Sequence record: NC_049383.1
Strand: one strand, 5' to 3'
DNA: 64,000 nt
Position numbers and translations under genes: made by a program. This document shows, piece after piece, positions 26,739 to 38,126 of this stretch (position 1 is its first letter; each line of letters opens with the position of its first letter). The notes under the pieces were generated by a model that did no database searches, had not been told where the DNA came from, and saw nothing but the letters and a program-made list of their open reading frames with translations.

Positions 26739-28478
26739 TTATAAATTAACCCATTGGTCATTTTCTTTTAAAAATATCATTACCCCGTTACTTGGTAATA
26801 ATTGAGTTGCTCCACCTTCTTGATATACTTCAAAACCACCTCTTAAAATAGGTGTTTCATTTTTATTCGTAATTATATCACCGATATCAGAAAGTCCTAA
26901 ATTTGGGTCTGTATCTTCACTAACTACGATTCTACGAGTTATTTTCTTTTTTGATGAGCCGATTATTTCTGTTTCAACCTTATCATAAAAACCGTTAATC
27001 TTAGCACTTTCATTTTCCTCTGTTATTATATCTATATTTACAGAGTTAATTTCAGGTAAATCAACTAAAGCATTTACGAAATCTGAGCGCGAAATTAGGT
27101 CATTTGATGTATCTTTATCAACATCACCATATGTCTTTTTCATCATAATTTCAGAAATAACATCTTCTACTTTATATTTAAAATCTAGTTTATCATAAAC
27201 TATGCTATTGTCGATAAAAACGAACATTGCATATTTTTTGATAACTGGGTTATGAAATACAAATTCTGTAGATACCCAATCTCTTCTAGAAGCATCTAAC
27301 ATTCCTTTAATAGATGTTTTCTGTGTTTCTGTTAGAGAAAACTTACTTTCATCCAATGTCAAATATTCCCTCATTGAAGATAATGTAATCTTTGGTAATG
27401 CTAATAAGTTGAAAATTAAATCATCTTCGTCAGTCCAAGCATCAATATGAGATAAGATACTTAATCTAGAAAGATAACTTTTCATATATTCAGGTCTAGC
27501 AAAAGTTAAAGCTCTAGAGCTATAACCAGTCATTGCTCTTGTTAGTTCAGAATCTTCGCCATCAGAACCTAAATCAAAACCACTTTCTTTTACAATACTT
27601 ACATATTGACCTGCGTTTATTCCGTTTCCTTGTATATCTCTTAAACCGCTAATTATTTCAAATGTTGTTGAATCGTTTGTTGTGTTTCCTGCCTCACCAT
27701 TTGTCACAAGATATTCAACCCTGATAACATCACCAGTCTCAACGGCTTTTCCTGATGTTCCGTTACCAAAAATAATATCAACTTGGTTACCGAATCCAAC
27801 TCGCTTTAAATAGGCTTTTTCATCAACAATCATATCTTTTAATGAATCGTTTTTACTCCAAAGCTCATTATTTACATAAACTTTTAAATCATAATGTTCA
27901 ATATACTCTGAATCATCTAGATTAATAGTGTAAAGCTTATTACCAACTAAGTTACTATTTCCATCTATAACAAATGTTTGCGATTTCCTTGTACCTTCAA
28001 TTAATTGTAGAAATTGATAAGGTTTTGATGTATCAATCCTCGTATCTATCTCATTTTGAAGTATATATGTAAGTCCATTTTCAACATTTCTAAAAATAGA
28101 ATCACTACTAAGTATTACGGTTCTACCAAACTCTTTTAGGTCGCCATTTAAAAGTGTCATTCTTACAGCCCCTCTAGCTGATATTGGTAAAACTGGGTTA
28201 TGACCTGTCATTTGTGCAATACCTCTGATATTTCCTTCATTTTGGGCTGTGAAAATATTTAATTCATTTTCTGCTGTTTCTTGGTTTAAAAGGTGTAATG
28301 TTGATACATCTTTAGTGACATCTATTGTTAGATTGAAAAGATTTGCTATTGATTTAAAACGATTTGGTATATTTTTATCAATATATTCTCTGATACTTGC
28401 ACTTATTGAATCTATGTTTGTATAAGCATCTTTAAGGAATTTGAATTTATCCTTAAAATATAAATTTACTTTTGGCAT
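26739..28478 (-). CDS. Baseplate wedge subunit (T4 gp6-like)
   Basis: IFTAQ...IAQMTGHNP...SARG, IIFGNG..GK..ETGDVIRVEYLVTNGEAGN, GSDGED. Confidence 0.75.
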   Translation of the reverse strand: MPKVNLYFKDKFKFLKDAYTNIDSISASIREYIDKNIPNRFKSIANLFNLTIDVTKDVSTLHLLNQETAENELNIFTAQNEGNIRGIAQMTGHNPVLPISARGAVRMTLLNGDLKEFGRTVILSSDSIFRNVENGLTYILQNEIDTRIDTSKPYQFLQLIEGTRKSQTFVIDGNSNLVGNKLYTINLDDSEYIEHYDLKVYVNNELWSKNDSLKDMIVDEKAYLKRVGFGNQVDIIFGNGTSGKAVETGDVIRVEYLVTNGEAGNTTNDSTTFEIISGLRDIQGNGINAGQYVSIVKESGFDLGSDGEDSELTRAMTGYSSRALTFARPEYMKSYLSRLSILSHIDAWTDEDDLIFNLLALPKITLSSMREYLTLDESKFSLTETQKTSIKGMLDASRRDWVSTEFVFHNPVIKKYAMFVFIDNSIVYDKLDFKYKVEDVISEIMMKKTYGDVDKDTSNDLISRSDFVNALVDLPEINSVNIDIITEENESAKINGFYDKVETEIIGSSKKKITRRIVVSEDTDPNLGLSDIGDIITNKNETPILRGGFEVYQEGGATQLLPSNGVMIFLKENDQWVNL

Positions 28479-28498
28479 AATTGTTTTATTTTAATAAG

Positions 28499-28867
28499 TT
28501 AATCGAAAAGGAATGTTTTTTCTCTCGCATCACCATCATAAGGTTTCGCTAAAATATCAATTAAAGCTATATCCCTTTCGTTTCCTTGCATAAATCTAAC
28601 TCCGACATCCCATGCTTGTAACTCTTCATTAGTGAAACAATATTTCGAAATAGCATTTTTCAACTCTGATTTGATTTGTGCTTCATTTGCATTTAAACGC
28701 CAAATAAGACCTTCTGCATCGAATCCGAAATCATTATTTCCTAAAACATCCATAGGTTTAGTTGTTAACAAAAGTTCAACTTCGCTAAAAAATAAGTCTA
28801 TGATAGATGTTAATATAGGTTGTTGATTATTACCCTTTTCTGTTTCCATGAAAAAATTAAAATCCAT
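28499..28867 (-). CDS. Baseplate/sheath initiator (gp25/GPW-like)
   Basis: LLLTTKPMDVLGNNDFG pattern, size, position upstream of gp6-like gene. Confidence 0.6.
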   Translation of the reverse strand: MDFNFFMETEKGNNQQPILTSIIDLFFSEVELLLTTKPMDVLGNNDFGFDAEGLIWRLNANEAQIKSELKNAISKYCFTNEELQAWDVGVRFMQGNERDIALIDILAKPYDGDAREKTFLFD

Positions 28868-28873
28868 ATTAAT

Positions 28874-30448
28874 TTATGTTATTTGTACCCATGTTTTCAA
28901 AGTACCATCCCATTGATACCTTGTACCATCTTCGTACTCGATTATATTATTTTCTACATCAATTAAATCACCTAAATAACTCTTTTTAGAAATGATGTTA
29001 TTTATAGTGAAATTACCACCTTCTGAAATCTTTTTAACAGTATTATCAAATGCCTTAAATAACTCTTCATTTGAAATACGTACACTATTTGATGCACCAT
29101 TTACATTACCAGTTAAAATCAATTGAATATTTTTAGTATTTTCATCCAATTGGCTTTTCGCATTAAGTAAATCTTGCTGACTCATCATAATAGTTAGATA
29201 CTTATCCAATTGTAATTTTTGATTTGCGATAACTTCTAGTAATTTTTCTGCGGTATTTGTAAGTGTAGTAACTCTATTTAAAACATCCATGTATAACTTC
29301 ATAGATACTTGTGAATAATCATTTATAGATATCTCACTAGTAACATGGTTTGTAGAGTTTGAAAATTTCAAGTTTAAACCGAATGAGAAACCATTACCAC
29401 TAACATTTACACTAGGTTGGTACTTCATAACTTTTGGTAATTGACCAACACCTGCAATTGCTGTATTGAAATCTTCTAGAACAAAAATACCATATAAATT
29501 TGTTCTTGTTAAAGTCTCATCATCTTTATCATAAATATCATAATAAAGGGCTATTGCATTAAATTCAAAATCACCTTTTTGATGTTTTGATGTGTCATTA
29601 TAGATATCAACAAAATCAATACCACAATCAGATAAATCATTACCTACTTCATATTGTTTTGTTGAACTGTTATCATAAATAGCACTTGCATTATCTGTAT
29701 TAGCATTATATTGAGATTCTAAACCTGCTGAATAATCTTCACCACCACCAGTAGGAATTAAACCACTACCGAAATTAATATCACTTCTTTTGAAATTAAT
29801 TGTTTCCATAGCACCTTTGCTAGTCGGTAAATTAATGAACATTTCAATATACTCATTACCTTTATCCTTTGTATGCTTCATTACATTCACATCACCAACG
29901 AATTTAACTATTGGCTCATAATTAGCATCTTTTGCACGCTCTCTATAAATTCTTTTTGTTACCCCGTGTTCAATAACGTTTTCACCTGAATCAACCATTT
30001 CCATAGCTCCCAACTTTTGTAATGTCTTCCAAAATGAAGCCTCTGCATAGTTGGCTAAAGAATTATCAGTTCTTGATGTCTCTGAATGTTGAATTAAGTT
30101 TTCTGTATAGTTTTGTAAAATTTTCGGGAATACTTGGTTGGGGTCTGTTATTAATGGTTGACCTACTTCTGTTGGGTCTAAATACATTCTTTGATTTGTT
30201 GTATTTTGCCAATCAGGAAGACGTAATGCAACAAATTTACTTGGTGCAATTCTAACGTTACTATCATTAAATAAGTAACTAAAATCGTTTACTGTTGAGC
30301 TAAATGTATAGAATGTACCCCCTTCTGTTTTCAATCCATTTAGAATTGGAACACTTGATGTTATCATATCTGTTAATGTTTTAAATATTTTTCTTACTGT
30401 ATTTATTGTTCCAACACAAAATGGTTTTGTGAATGCCTTAATCGACAA
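28874..30448 (-). CDS. Putative virion structural protein
   Basis: 524 aa in baseplate operon; coiled-coil near C terminus. Confidence 0.5.
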   Translation of the reverse strand: MSIKAFTKPFCVGTINTVRKIFKTLTDMITSSVPILNGLKTEGGTFYTFSSTVNDFSYLFNDSNVRIAPSKFVALRLPDWQNTTNQRMYLDPTEVGQPLITDPNQVFPKILQNYTENLIQHSETSRTDNSLANYAEASFWKTLQKLGAMEMVDSGENVIEHGVTKRIYRERAKDANYEPIVKFVGDVNVMKHTKDKGNEYIEMFINLPTSKGAMETINFKRSDINFGSGLIPTGGGEDYSAGLESQYNANTDNASAIYDNSSTKQYEVGNDLSDCGIDFVDIYNDTSKHQKGDFEFNAIALYYDIYDKDDETLTRTNLYGIFVLEDFNTAIAGVGQLPKVMKYQPSVNVSGNGFSFGLNLKFSNSTNHVTSEISINDYSQVSMKLYMDVLNRVTTLTNTAEKLLEVIANQKLQLDKYLTIMMSQQDLLNAKSQLDENTKNIQLILTGNVNGASNSVRISNEELFKAFDNTVKKISEGGNFTINNIISKKSYLGDLIDVENNIIEYEDGTRYQWDGTLKTWVQIT

Positions 30449-33149
30449 TCACAAAACCATTTTTTATTCTCTTTACACTACCAAACTTTGTTTCTACATC
30501 AAGTTCTAATGTATATGAACCTTTATATATTAACATATTTCTATATACTAAAGAACTCTGTGTATCTAAAATTTCACCTGTTAGAGCGTCTTTTAAAGTC
30601 CAAAGGTAATCAGCACCATCAATTAACGTTTTAGTGTCTATAAACGCATAAAATGGAACACCTAGACTAACTATATCACCAGTAGGTGCTTCTTTTAATC
30701 TAGAACCCTCAACACCTCTAGGAGAATCTTTAACATATCCGAATGATTCATGTTTTATATTTATTTCCTCTAATGATGATACAATTAAATGATTACCAAG
30801 GTCAAAAACACTAACTCTAATACCTAAATTTTCATATTGTGTTTCTAATTCCGTTTTTAAATCTGATGTATTTGTCACATCAAAATTACTTACCACAGAA
30901 CCGTTTATGTATAAATCATTCGCGCCTTTTGTCAAGTCAGGATAAATATTAACATAAGAACTAAATGGCATAACAGTATAAATGTCTTCCTTATGTTCTA
31001 GTGTTGTGTTATAATCAGAAGCATTTGTTTCTAAAATGAAATGATTGATACCAAACCCAACATTTTTTCCAGTTAACCTCAACATCAATTTAGAACTTAA
31101 AATATCTGTCTCAGAATATGATTGAATTGTCGCGGTAAAGTTATCCAATAATCCTGATGATTCATTTATAGCACTAACAACATCATTATAAAACTTATAA
31201 TCTTCATCATAAATAGCTGAATCATAATGTACTGTTACTTCAATCCAATCATGATGCTCAAACTCTTTTATTAAAATAGTTCTATCACCAGTTGTTCCAT
31301 CACCTATTAAATCAACCATAAATCTAGCATACTCATAACCATAATCCGTTAACCTAGTGTGTATTAAATCACTGATTTTCAATGAGTTGTATTGAAAAGA
31401 ATTTAATTGAAGTGTTCTTTTATCATAATCTTTTGCATTATAACGGAATATAAGGTTTGAATTTGTACTTTCTTGCCAAGTATTTATATCATAGGTATCA
31501 TCAAAAATATCTATTTGGATAGTTCTATTATCATCCTTATAAGTTTCAAAAGTACTCCAAAAGTCTAATCCTTTTAAATCACTTGTTTCACTTCTATCTA
31601 ATTTTGCTAATTTGAAATCTATATTTCCTAAAACTATTTCAAATTCCTGATTATTTGGGTTCATTAATGTTACACCACCGTAATAATCAAATAGATAAAC
31701 CATTATTTTAAACTTTCCAAGTTCTGCAATTCCGAATTTAATAGAATTATCAACAAGTTCATCAATTTCGTATAATGATGATGTATAAACACTAACATCA
31801 TCTTTTATTATTTCAAATTTGAACCTAGAATATTTTGAAGTATCAGCGTCTATGTTTATTTCAACTAATCCAAAGTCGTTTCTAAGATACTTTTCTAAAT
31901 AATCTAAATCATCTAAATGAAAGTTAACATCATCAAGTTCATCAACTTCATAGTTAAGAACTTTATCAATCTCAAAATATTTATAATCGAATTTAGTATC
32001 TGTAACACCCGCTTGATACTCACCTGTATAATTTGAGTCATTCGGATTTATTACCTTTAATAGAGGAACTTTTCTCAATACTTCATGTTCTGAAATTTCA
32101 ATAACGCTTTGTGATAGGTTGAAATCGAAACCACCATCTGAATGTTCATTTATATTAACATCAAAAAATGTTTGTACATTATCCCATATCCTAGCATCAA
32201 TACCAACTGTTCCTTTTTGTTCACCAATAATATCAACTATTTTTGTATTTAATGGTAAAAAGTCGCGTTCTAAAACACGTCTAAGAGCGTACATTTTTAT
32301 TAAAATTTCCTCGGTGTTTAATAAAACATTTACATAATTAGGTAAACCATCAGAATCAAAAGTTCCATCCCAATCATTTATTTTATAAACTAGTTGCATT
32401 TGGTTTGTTTTACGAAAACCAGTAAGGCGTTTATCAATACTATCTAAAACCATTTTATCAACATCTGTTGTTGTGTATCTCTCACCATTTTTCCATATCT
32501 CTCGAATTGTTAAAAGGTCACCATACCCAAAATAATCTAAAGCATTTAATAAAGCATCATAAGAGCCAATACCCGCAGTTAATTCAAAATATCTCAAAAG
32601 GTATTCTTTACGCTTTTCATTCATTAATTTTTGGTCTATGTCTGATGTTTTATAGTCAGTATCACTAAATGCTTGATAATAATCATCATTAATATCAATT
32701 TTTCTATTTTGTGTATGAACAATCAACTTAGAATCTATACCTATTATATTTACTGATACTTTGAATGTATAAGATAATGGAACACCATCTATTTCATATG
32801 AAACATTCATATCAGTTTCGAAAGAACCTTCTTTATCACTAAAAACTAATAAGTTCCATTTACGAATTTGATAACCATTATTATCAGGTAATCTAAGTTC
32901 TGTATCTGTTGCTGATGTTGTCTCTATAAAATTATCAGTTAAACCATCACGATATGCGATACTAAATTCTCTACTTGATACGGTAACGTTAAAGTTAGAT
33001 ATAGTTTTTGATGTATCGAATAATGACACAAACGTTTTATTATTAACGATGTTTATTGATGTGTTATCTAATGTTATAGAATCAACCTGCTGTTTAGTAC
33101 TTGAATCTACATAAACACTAGCTTTTTTGTTTTTTAAACTTAAAATCAT
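30438..33149 (-). CDS. Putative virion structural (baseplate) protein
   Basis: 903 aa, beta-rich, first gene of baseplate operon. Confidence 0.5.
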   Translation of the reverse strand: MILSLKNKKASVYVDSSTKQQVDSITLDNTSINIVNNKTFVSLFDTSKTISNFNVTVSSREFSIAYRDGLTDNFIETTSATDTELRLPDNNGYQIRKWNLLVFSDKEGSFETDMNVSYEIDGVPLSYTFKVSVNIIGIDSKLIVHTQNRKIDINDDYYQAFSDTDYKTSDIDQKLMNEKRKEYLLRYFELTAGIGSYDALLNALDYFGYGDLLTIREIWKNGERYTTTDVDKMVLDSIDKRLTGFRKTNQMQLVYKINDWDGTFDSDGLPNYVNVLLNTEEILIKMYALRRVLERDFLPLNTKIVDIIGEQKGTVGIDARIWDNVQTFFDVNINEHSDGGFDFNLSQSVIEISEHEVLRKVPLLKVINPNDSNYTGEYQAGVTDTKFDYKYFEIDKVLNYEVDELDDVNFHLDDLDYLEKYLRNDFGLVEINIDADTSKYSRFKFEIIKDDVSVYTSSLYEIDELVDNSIKFGIAELGKFKIMVYLFDYYGGVTLMNPNNQEFEIVLGNIDFKLAKLDRSETSDLKGLDFWSTFETYKDDNRTIQIDIFDDTYDINTWQESTNSNLIFRYNAKDYDKRTLQLNSFQYNSLKISDLIHTRLTDYGYEYARFMVDLIGDGTTGDRTILIKEFEHHDWIEVTVHYDSAIYDEDYKFYNDVVSAINESSGLLDNFTATIQSYSETDILSSKLMLRLTGKNVGFGINHFILETNASDYNTTLEHKEDIYTVMPFSSYVNIYPDLTKGANDLYINGSVVSNFDVTNTSDLKTELETQYENLGIRVSVFDLGNHLIVSSLEEINIKHESFGYVKDSPRGVEGSRLKEAPTGDIVSLGVPFYAFIDTKTLIDGADYLWTLKDALTGEILDTQSSLVYRNMLIYKGSYTLELDVETKFGSVKRIKNGFVIVD

Positions 33150-33230
33150 TGTAATATATTTTTCTTATTTTATTTATTGTTTGGAATTGATATTTAATTT
33201 ACATATATTTGTTCCCTAAATTAAATTTAT

Positions 33231-33437
33231 ATGAATACAGATATTAATAAACCTCTAAAGGATAATGATGAAAGTGGTATATCATTTCATTCATCTTATG
33301 TGCCTTTGGAAAGACCCGACTTAGGGGAATGGATGGAAAAGCACCATGTAAGCGGACAAATTATGTCTATTCCTAGTGCTTTGACTAAAGCAATAGAATA
33401 TGAACAATTAAAAACAGAACTTTATGAAAGAGCTTAA
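33231..33437 (+). CDS. Hypothetical protein
   Basis: After TATATTTG near 33205. Confidence 0.5.
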   Translation: MNTDINKPLKDNDESGISFHSSYVPLERPDLGEWMEKHHVSGQIMSIPSALTKAIEYEQLKTELYERA

Positions 33438-33882
33438 TAATGTTCTTAAAAAAGAACAACATGACACGTTTGAAGCGTTCGCTAAATCTGAAATGACATT
33501 ATGGAACTACTTAGGTGATAAAGTAGGTAAAAATGACGTTTTTATACATCAAATCTATGACAATAATACAATTAAGTCAAGAATTTATGATAAATTTTAC
33601 CCACTAATTACAGGTCTTGGTGTTCAATTCAAATCTATAGACCTTCTACAATTTGTTAAAATACCTAAACTTATCGAAAAAGGTATGGATTTTATGACAA
33701 CAAATCAACAAATCAATGTCATTTATTTATTAAATGATGTTAAGATTAATGGTGTATTAACACCATCAGGTACAACTATTATTCAAAAAGATGGTGAGGA
33801 CGAAAATAATATTAATATACAATCTGATGGTAGTGAGTCGGTTAACTTTATTTGGTTAGTATTAGGAAAAATTAACAGTTAA
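33424..33882 (+). CDS. Hypothetical protein
   Basis: Overlapping operon ORF. Confidence 0.55.
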   Translation: MKELNNVLKKEQHDTFEAFAKSEMTLWNYLGDKVGKNDVFIHQIYDNNTIKSRIYDKFYPLITGLGVQFKSIDLLQFVKIPKLIEKGMDFMTTNQQINVIYLLNDVKINGVLTPSGTTIIQKDGEDENNINIQSDGSESVNFIWLVLGKINS

Positions 33883-33893
33883 AAAATTGGTAA

Positions 33894-34229
33894 ATGAAAA
33901 AATTAAAACTATTTTTGAAAAACATTATCGTTGAAGCGATAGAAAAAGCAATTCCTAAAAAGGATATTTTAGAAACATTAATTGAGAATGTTGTTGCTGA
34001 AACAAATATTAAATTTGATGGTATTAAAGAACCTGTAAATTTTTATATTATAGATTCAAGGTGTATGTCTAGAAATAAATTTCATGATAGAATGTCTTAT
34101 TTCCAACATAAAAAATCAATTGGTGAATGGTATGAGCTTTGCTCTTCAACTATTTTTACTAGTAATGGTGAAATATGTGTGTTCTCATATGCCGAAGTAG
34201 ATTCTGAAAAAGAAAACACAAGCATATAA
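33894..34229 (+). CDS. Hypothetical protein
   Basis: Operon ORF. Confidence 0.5.
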   Translation: MKKLKLFLKNIIVEAIEKAIPKKDILETLIENVVAETNIKFDGIKEPVNFYIIDSRCMSRNKFHDRMSYFQHKKSIGEWYELCSSTIFTSNGEICVFSYAEVDSEKENTSI

Positions 34230-34305
34230 ACCAAAAAATAAAAAATCACACTCTTCGGAGTGTGTACATTAAATAAGAATATTAACAATTAAATAAAAAT
34301 AGATT

Positions 34306-34881
34306 ATGTCATTATACGATGCTAACGCAACTAGAAAAACCTTATTAGAATCTTTAACAAAAGATAAAAGAGAAATGATTTCAAAGAGAAATGAATATTT
34401 AATTTCTTTCGGAAGATATTTAATTACTTACTTAGGTGGTCATGACTCAGATGGTAATATAAAACTAATAGGTGACCCAAATCAACCTACAATAGTTTTT
34501 AAAATAAATGGTGTTAGAAAAATATTTTCAATTTTCGTAAAAAACTTCTATGTTTACCTTTCTGATAACTTCGGAAGAGAAGGTAACATACTACACAAAT
34601 ATAACCTCAACGATTTTAACAGAGATTGTAATGATTCAGCACATTGTGAAATGATGATTGAACCATTATCAACATTATCACTAGAATCTAAAATTATCAA
34701 TACAATTTCTGTAGAAGGATTCCCAAATGGTTTAGAATTAGCAAAATTAGATAAGTTCGGAAACGCTTATTGGTCTGAAACAAACCCAAAACTTTATTTC
34801 AACACAGATGATTTGAAGTCTGATATTGATAAAGTAGAGAAATTAGGTTATAGCGTAAATCATAATAAAATCTACATTTAA
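34306..34881 (+). CDS. Hypothetical protein
   Basis: 191-aa ORF. Confidence 0.55.
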   Translation: MSLYDANATRKTLLESLTKDKREMISKRNEYLISFGRYLITYLGGHDSDGNIKLIGDPNQPTIVFKINGVRKIFSIFVKNFYVYLSDNFGREGNILHKYNLNDFNRDCNDSAHCEMMIEPLSTLSLESKIINTISVEGFPNGLELAKLDKFGNAYWSETNPKLYFNTDDLKSDIDKVEKLGYSVNHNKIYI

Positions 34882-34930
34882 TATGATTTAAAGATTTTAG
34901 TTAAAATTATAAACCTAAACAAGATGCATT

Positions 34931-35116
34931 ATGGCTAATTTAAAAAGAAAACAACTAAAATTAGTGAAACTTGGTATGTGGTGGCATATCATGGAAAGGA
35001 GAAAAGTGCCTGTTTTTAAATTCTTTTACAGATATCAATGGTTCACTATATTCCCATATTACTATAATAAAGAAGAAGCAAAAGAAGCGTTTAACAAAAT
35101 TAAAACAACAATATAA
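34931..35116 (+). CDS. Small hypothetical protein
   Basis: 61-aa aromatic/basic ORF. Confidence 0.45.
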   Translation: MANLKRKQLKLVKLGMWWHIMERRKVPVFKFFYRYQWFTIFPYYYNKEEAKEAFNKIKTTI

Positions 35117-35204
35117 TGAATACGCAAAAATTAAAAAATTACGAAATCACATACAAAGAGCTTGATAAATTTATTTTCATATATTTGTAAAAATTAAAAC
35201 ATAA

Positions 35205-37223
35205 ATGAGTAAAAATTATACTGATAAGGTTAAAACCCTTACTGAATTAGAACGTATAAAAATACGTCCACAGATTTATATAGGGTCAACAGTTCCCGTA
35301 GAAAGACAAACACACGTTTTAAATGATAGTGATAATACATTCGAACCTAAAACGCTCGAATATACACCCGCTATTCTTAAACTATGTGATGAGGTTCTTA
35401 CAAATTCTATAGATGAGCGAATTAGGAATGTTCAAGAGTTTGAAAAAACACCAAAATCAAAACAGAAAAATGTTAATGTAATTGACCATATTATTGTAGA
35501 TGCTACAGAAGATGGGAAAGTAACTGTTACAGATAATGGTGGTATTCCAGTTGAGTTTCACCCTGTAAATAAATGCTACACACCACAAATGATATTTGGT
35601 GAAATTGGTACAGGAACAAACTATGACGATACTGCTGATAGAAATGTTGCAGGACTTAATGGTTTAGGTTCTAAGTTAGCAAACATTTTCTCTAAAGAAT
35701 TTTATATAAAAACTTGTGATGGTGTTTCTCAATATGAGCAAACTTGGCGAAATGGTTTAATCGATATAGAATCACCAACTATTACAACTAGAGCTAAAAA
35801 GGCTTACAAAAAACAAGCTATTGCGTTTATTGGGTCTAAGTATGAAAAGAAGATTCCAGTAAAAGTTGTTAATGGTGATATTGGTAAAAGAGGTACTACA
35901 GTTTCATTTAAAATTGATATGTCATACTTCGATGGTGAAACCCTTAGTTATGGTGTTTTAAAATTACTGGAAAGAAAATGCATCCTTGGTGCGGCGACAA
36001 ATATCGGTCTAAAAGTAACATTCAATGGTAAAGATTATAAATTCGATTCTTTTAATGAATATGTTGAAATGTATGGTCACGAAACAGTTTTCTACGGAAA
36101 GAGTAAAAATTGGGAATATGCTATTGGTGTAGTTCCAATGAATCAAGGTAATTACAATTATAGTATTGTTAACTCTGCCGAATGTTCTAGTGGTGAACAC
36201 GTATCGCACGCTAATCATATTTTAAGAAATCACTTGAAAGCATTCATGGCTAAGAATCATAAAATGGATTTTACAAATGATAACATTTCGTCACAATATG
36301 TACTTTATTTGAATGTTGTTGTTAATAAACCAACATACGAAACCCAAACAAAGGAAAAATTAATAACTCCTAGAAACAATTTTGATGGTAAGAATGGTGG
36401 TAAACCTTCTATTTCATCATCTGTATTAAAGGATATTGAGAAAAGTGATATTATCAAAAACCTAATCCAACTACACAAAGAAAAAACATCTAGTGAAGAC
36501 AGTAAAGCAATCAAGAAACAGGATGCTTTGAATAAAAAGAAGTCTGTTCGCTCAATTGAAAAGTTGGTAGATGCTACAAGTGTAACAGGTCGTAGTAAAT
36601 GTGCTTTATGGATATTCGAGGGATTATCGGCAGGTAACTCATTTATTTCTGCTAGGAACTCAAAAATACACGGGTCTTATACACTAACTGGTAAAATAAA
36701 AAATCTTTATGGTCTTCCCAAGTCAGCTATAGCAAGTAATGCTGTATTAAATGATATTGCAATGGCTTTAGGTATCACATATGGTAAAAAGATTGATGTT
36801 AGTAAGCTGAGATATGGAAAAATAGTTATTGCTGTTGATGCCGATGTTGATGGTATTTCTATTTGTGCGCAATTAATAACATTCTTTATGATTGTAGCAC
36901 CCGAAATTGTTGAAGCAGGTATGTTATATATCGTTAATTCACCTTTATATAAGCTGTATAACGGTAAAACTGAAAAGTACTTATATTCACAAGAAGATTT
37001 CGACAAAGCTTCTAAAAGAGGATTTAAAGTTGAATACTTCAAAGGTTTAGGGTCATTAGGAGCTAAAGAATATAGACAAATGGTTGAAAATCCTAAATTA
37101 ATTCAATTGGTTGCTGATGATGAAGCAATGGATTCTATTAAGTTATGGATGGCTAAACAAACGAAAGATTATAACGCGCCAATGTATAGGAAGCAGGCAA
37201 TGGATGTAATTTTAAACAAATAA
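35205..37223 (+). CDS. Type IIA DNA topoisomerase, ATPase/TOPRIM subunit (T4 gp39+60 / GyrB-like)
   Basis: RPQIYIGS, DEVLTNSID, DNGGIP, GTNYDD, GLNGLGSKLANIFS, IFEGLSA, DADVDG, YFKGLGS. Confidence 0.95.
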   Translation: MSKNYTDKVKTLTELERIKIRPQIYIGSTVPVERQTHVLNDSDNTFEPKTLEYTPAILKLCDEVLTNSIDERIRNVQEFEKTPKSKQKNVNVIDHIIVDATEDGKVTVTDNGGIPVEFHPVNKCYTPQMIFGEIGTGTNYDDTADRNVAGLNGLGSKLANIFSKEFYIKTCDGVSQYEQTWRNGLIDIESPTITTRAKKAYKKQAIAFIGSKYEKKIPVKVVNGDIGKRGTTVSFKIDMSYFDGETLSYGVLKLLERKCILGAATNIGLKVTFNGKDYKFDSFNEYVEMYGHETVFYGKSKNWEYAIGVVPMNQGNYNYSIVNSAECSSGEHVSHANHILRNHLKAFMAKNHKMDFTNDNISSQYVLYLNVVVNKPTYETQTKEKLITPRNNFDGKNGGKPSISSSVLKDIEKSDIIKNLIQLHKEKTSSEDSKAIKKQDALNKKKSVRSIEKLVDATSVTGRSKCALWIFEGLSAGNSFISARNSKIHGSYTLTGKIKNLYGLPKSAIASNAVLNDIAMALGITYGKKIDVSKLRYGKIVIAVDADVDGISICAQLITFFMIVAPEIVEAGMLYIVNSPLYKLYNGKTEKYLYSQEDFDKASKRGFKVEYFKGLGSLGAKEYRQMVENPKLIQLVADDEAMDSIKLWMAKQTKDYNAPMYRKQAMDVILNK

Positions 37224-37238
37224 AAACCAAAATAAATT

Positions 37239-38030
37239 ATGAGATTAATAAGGAAAGCAAACGTGTCTATCAAAGTTGATGATAGACACTTAGAATTAGA
37301 TATTAAACAATTTTCAAAATACCTTGTAAATGGTATTTTGGCAGAAATGCTAGGTTTGGTTAAATATGGCACTTACATTATTAAACCTATTGGTAAAACA
37401 ACCATTTCATTAACATCAATGAATAAAGAGATTACAGAAGATGTAATTGATTATGTTATTGAATGGGAATCTGTAGAGGAATTACAAAATAAACTTGTTA
37501 AATTATCTTCTATTTTCTTAAAAGATATAAAATCATCTGATATTAAGTCAAGATATGAATCTGCATTTTTCGATGGTAAAGGTATATGTTTTGGAATAAG
37601 GGAAACTCCCGAAGGTGTAGCACCATACCAAGTACCATTATATCACCATGTTTATGACGGTATTAATATACCCGATGTAGTTCAAGAAAGTGTTCTTGGG
37701 TTATTAAATGATAAATTCATGTTCCAGTTTTATGTTGTCTCAAATGGTAAAAGGTTAGAGATAGAAGAGTTTGAATCTGATTTGGCAGAAGGTTTTAAGA
37801 AAATGTTAAACGATTATTTAACACGAGTTTATGAAATTTATTCAGGAAATGTTGATATTTGTATATTGTGTGGTAATAATGAATATTCATTTATTGATAT
37901 GCACTCGACTTTAAGACAGGGTAAAGAATTAAAAAGTTTAGGTATTAGTTTCATTGAATCAATACAAAAAACATTCATAAACGAACTTATTACTAAAAAC
38001 TTATTTTATTGCACCGAAAATGATGAATAA
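37239..38030 (+). CDS. Hypothetical protein
   Basis: 263-aa ORF before terminator. Confidence 0.55.
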   Translation: MRLIRKANVSIKVDDRHLELDIKQFSKYLVNGILAEMLGLVKYGTYIIKPIGKTTISLTSMNKEITEDVIDYVIEWESVEELQNKLVKLSSIFLKDIKSSDIKSRYESAFFDGKGICFGIRETPEGVAPYQVPLYHHVYDGINIPDVVQESVLGLLNDKFMFQFYVVSNGKRLEIEEFESDLAEGFKKMLNDYLTRVYEIYSGNVDICILCGNNEYSFIDMHSTLRQGKELKSLGISFIESIQKTFINELITKNLFYCTENDE

Positions 38031-38126
38031 TTATACGGTCAAGAGCAGATATTTTAAAAATATCTGCTTTTTTCATTTGTATATTTAAAATATTTCATTA
38101 CATTTACATTCTAAAAATTAAACATT

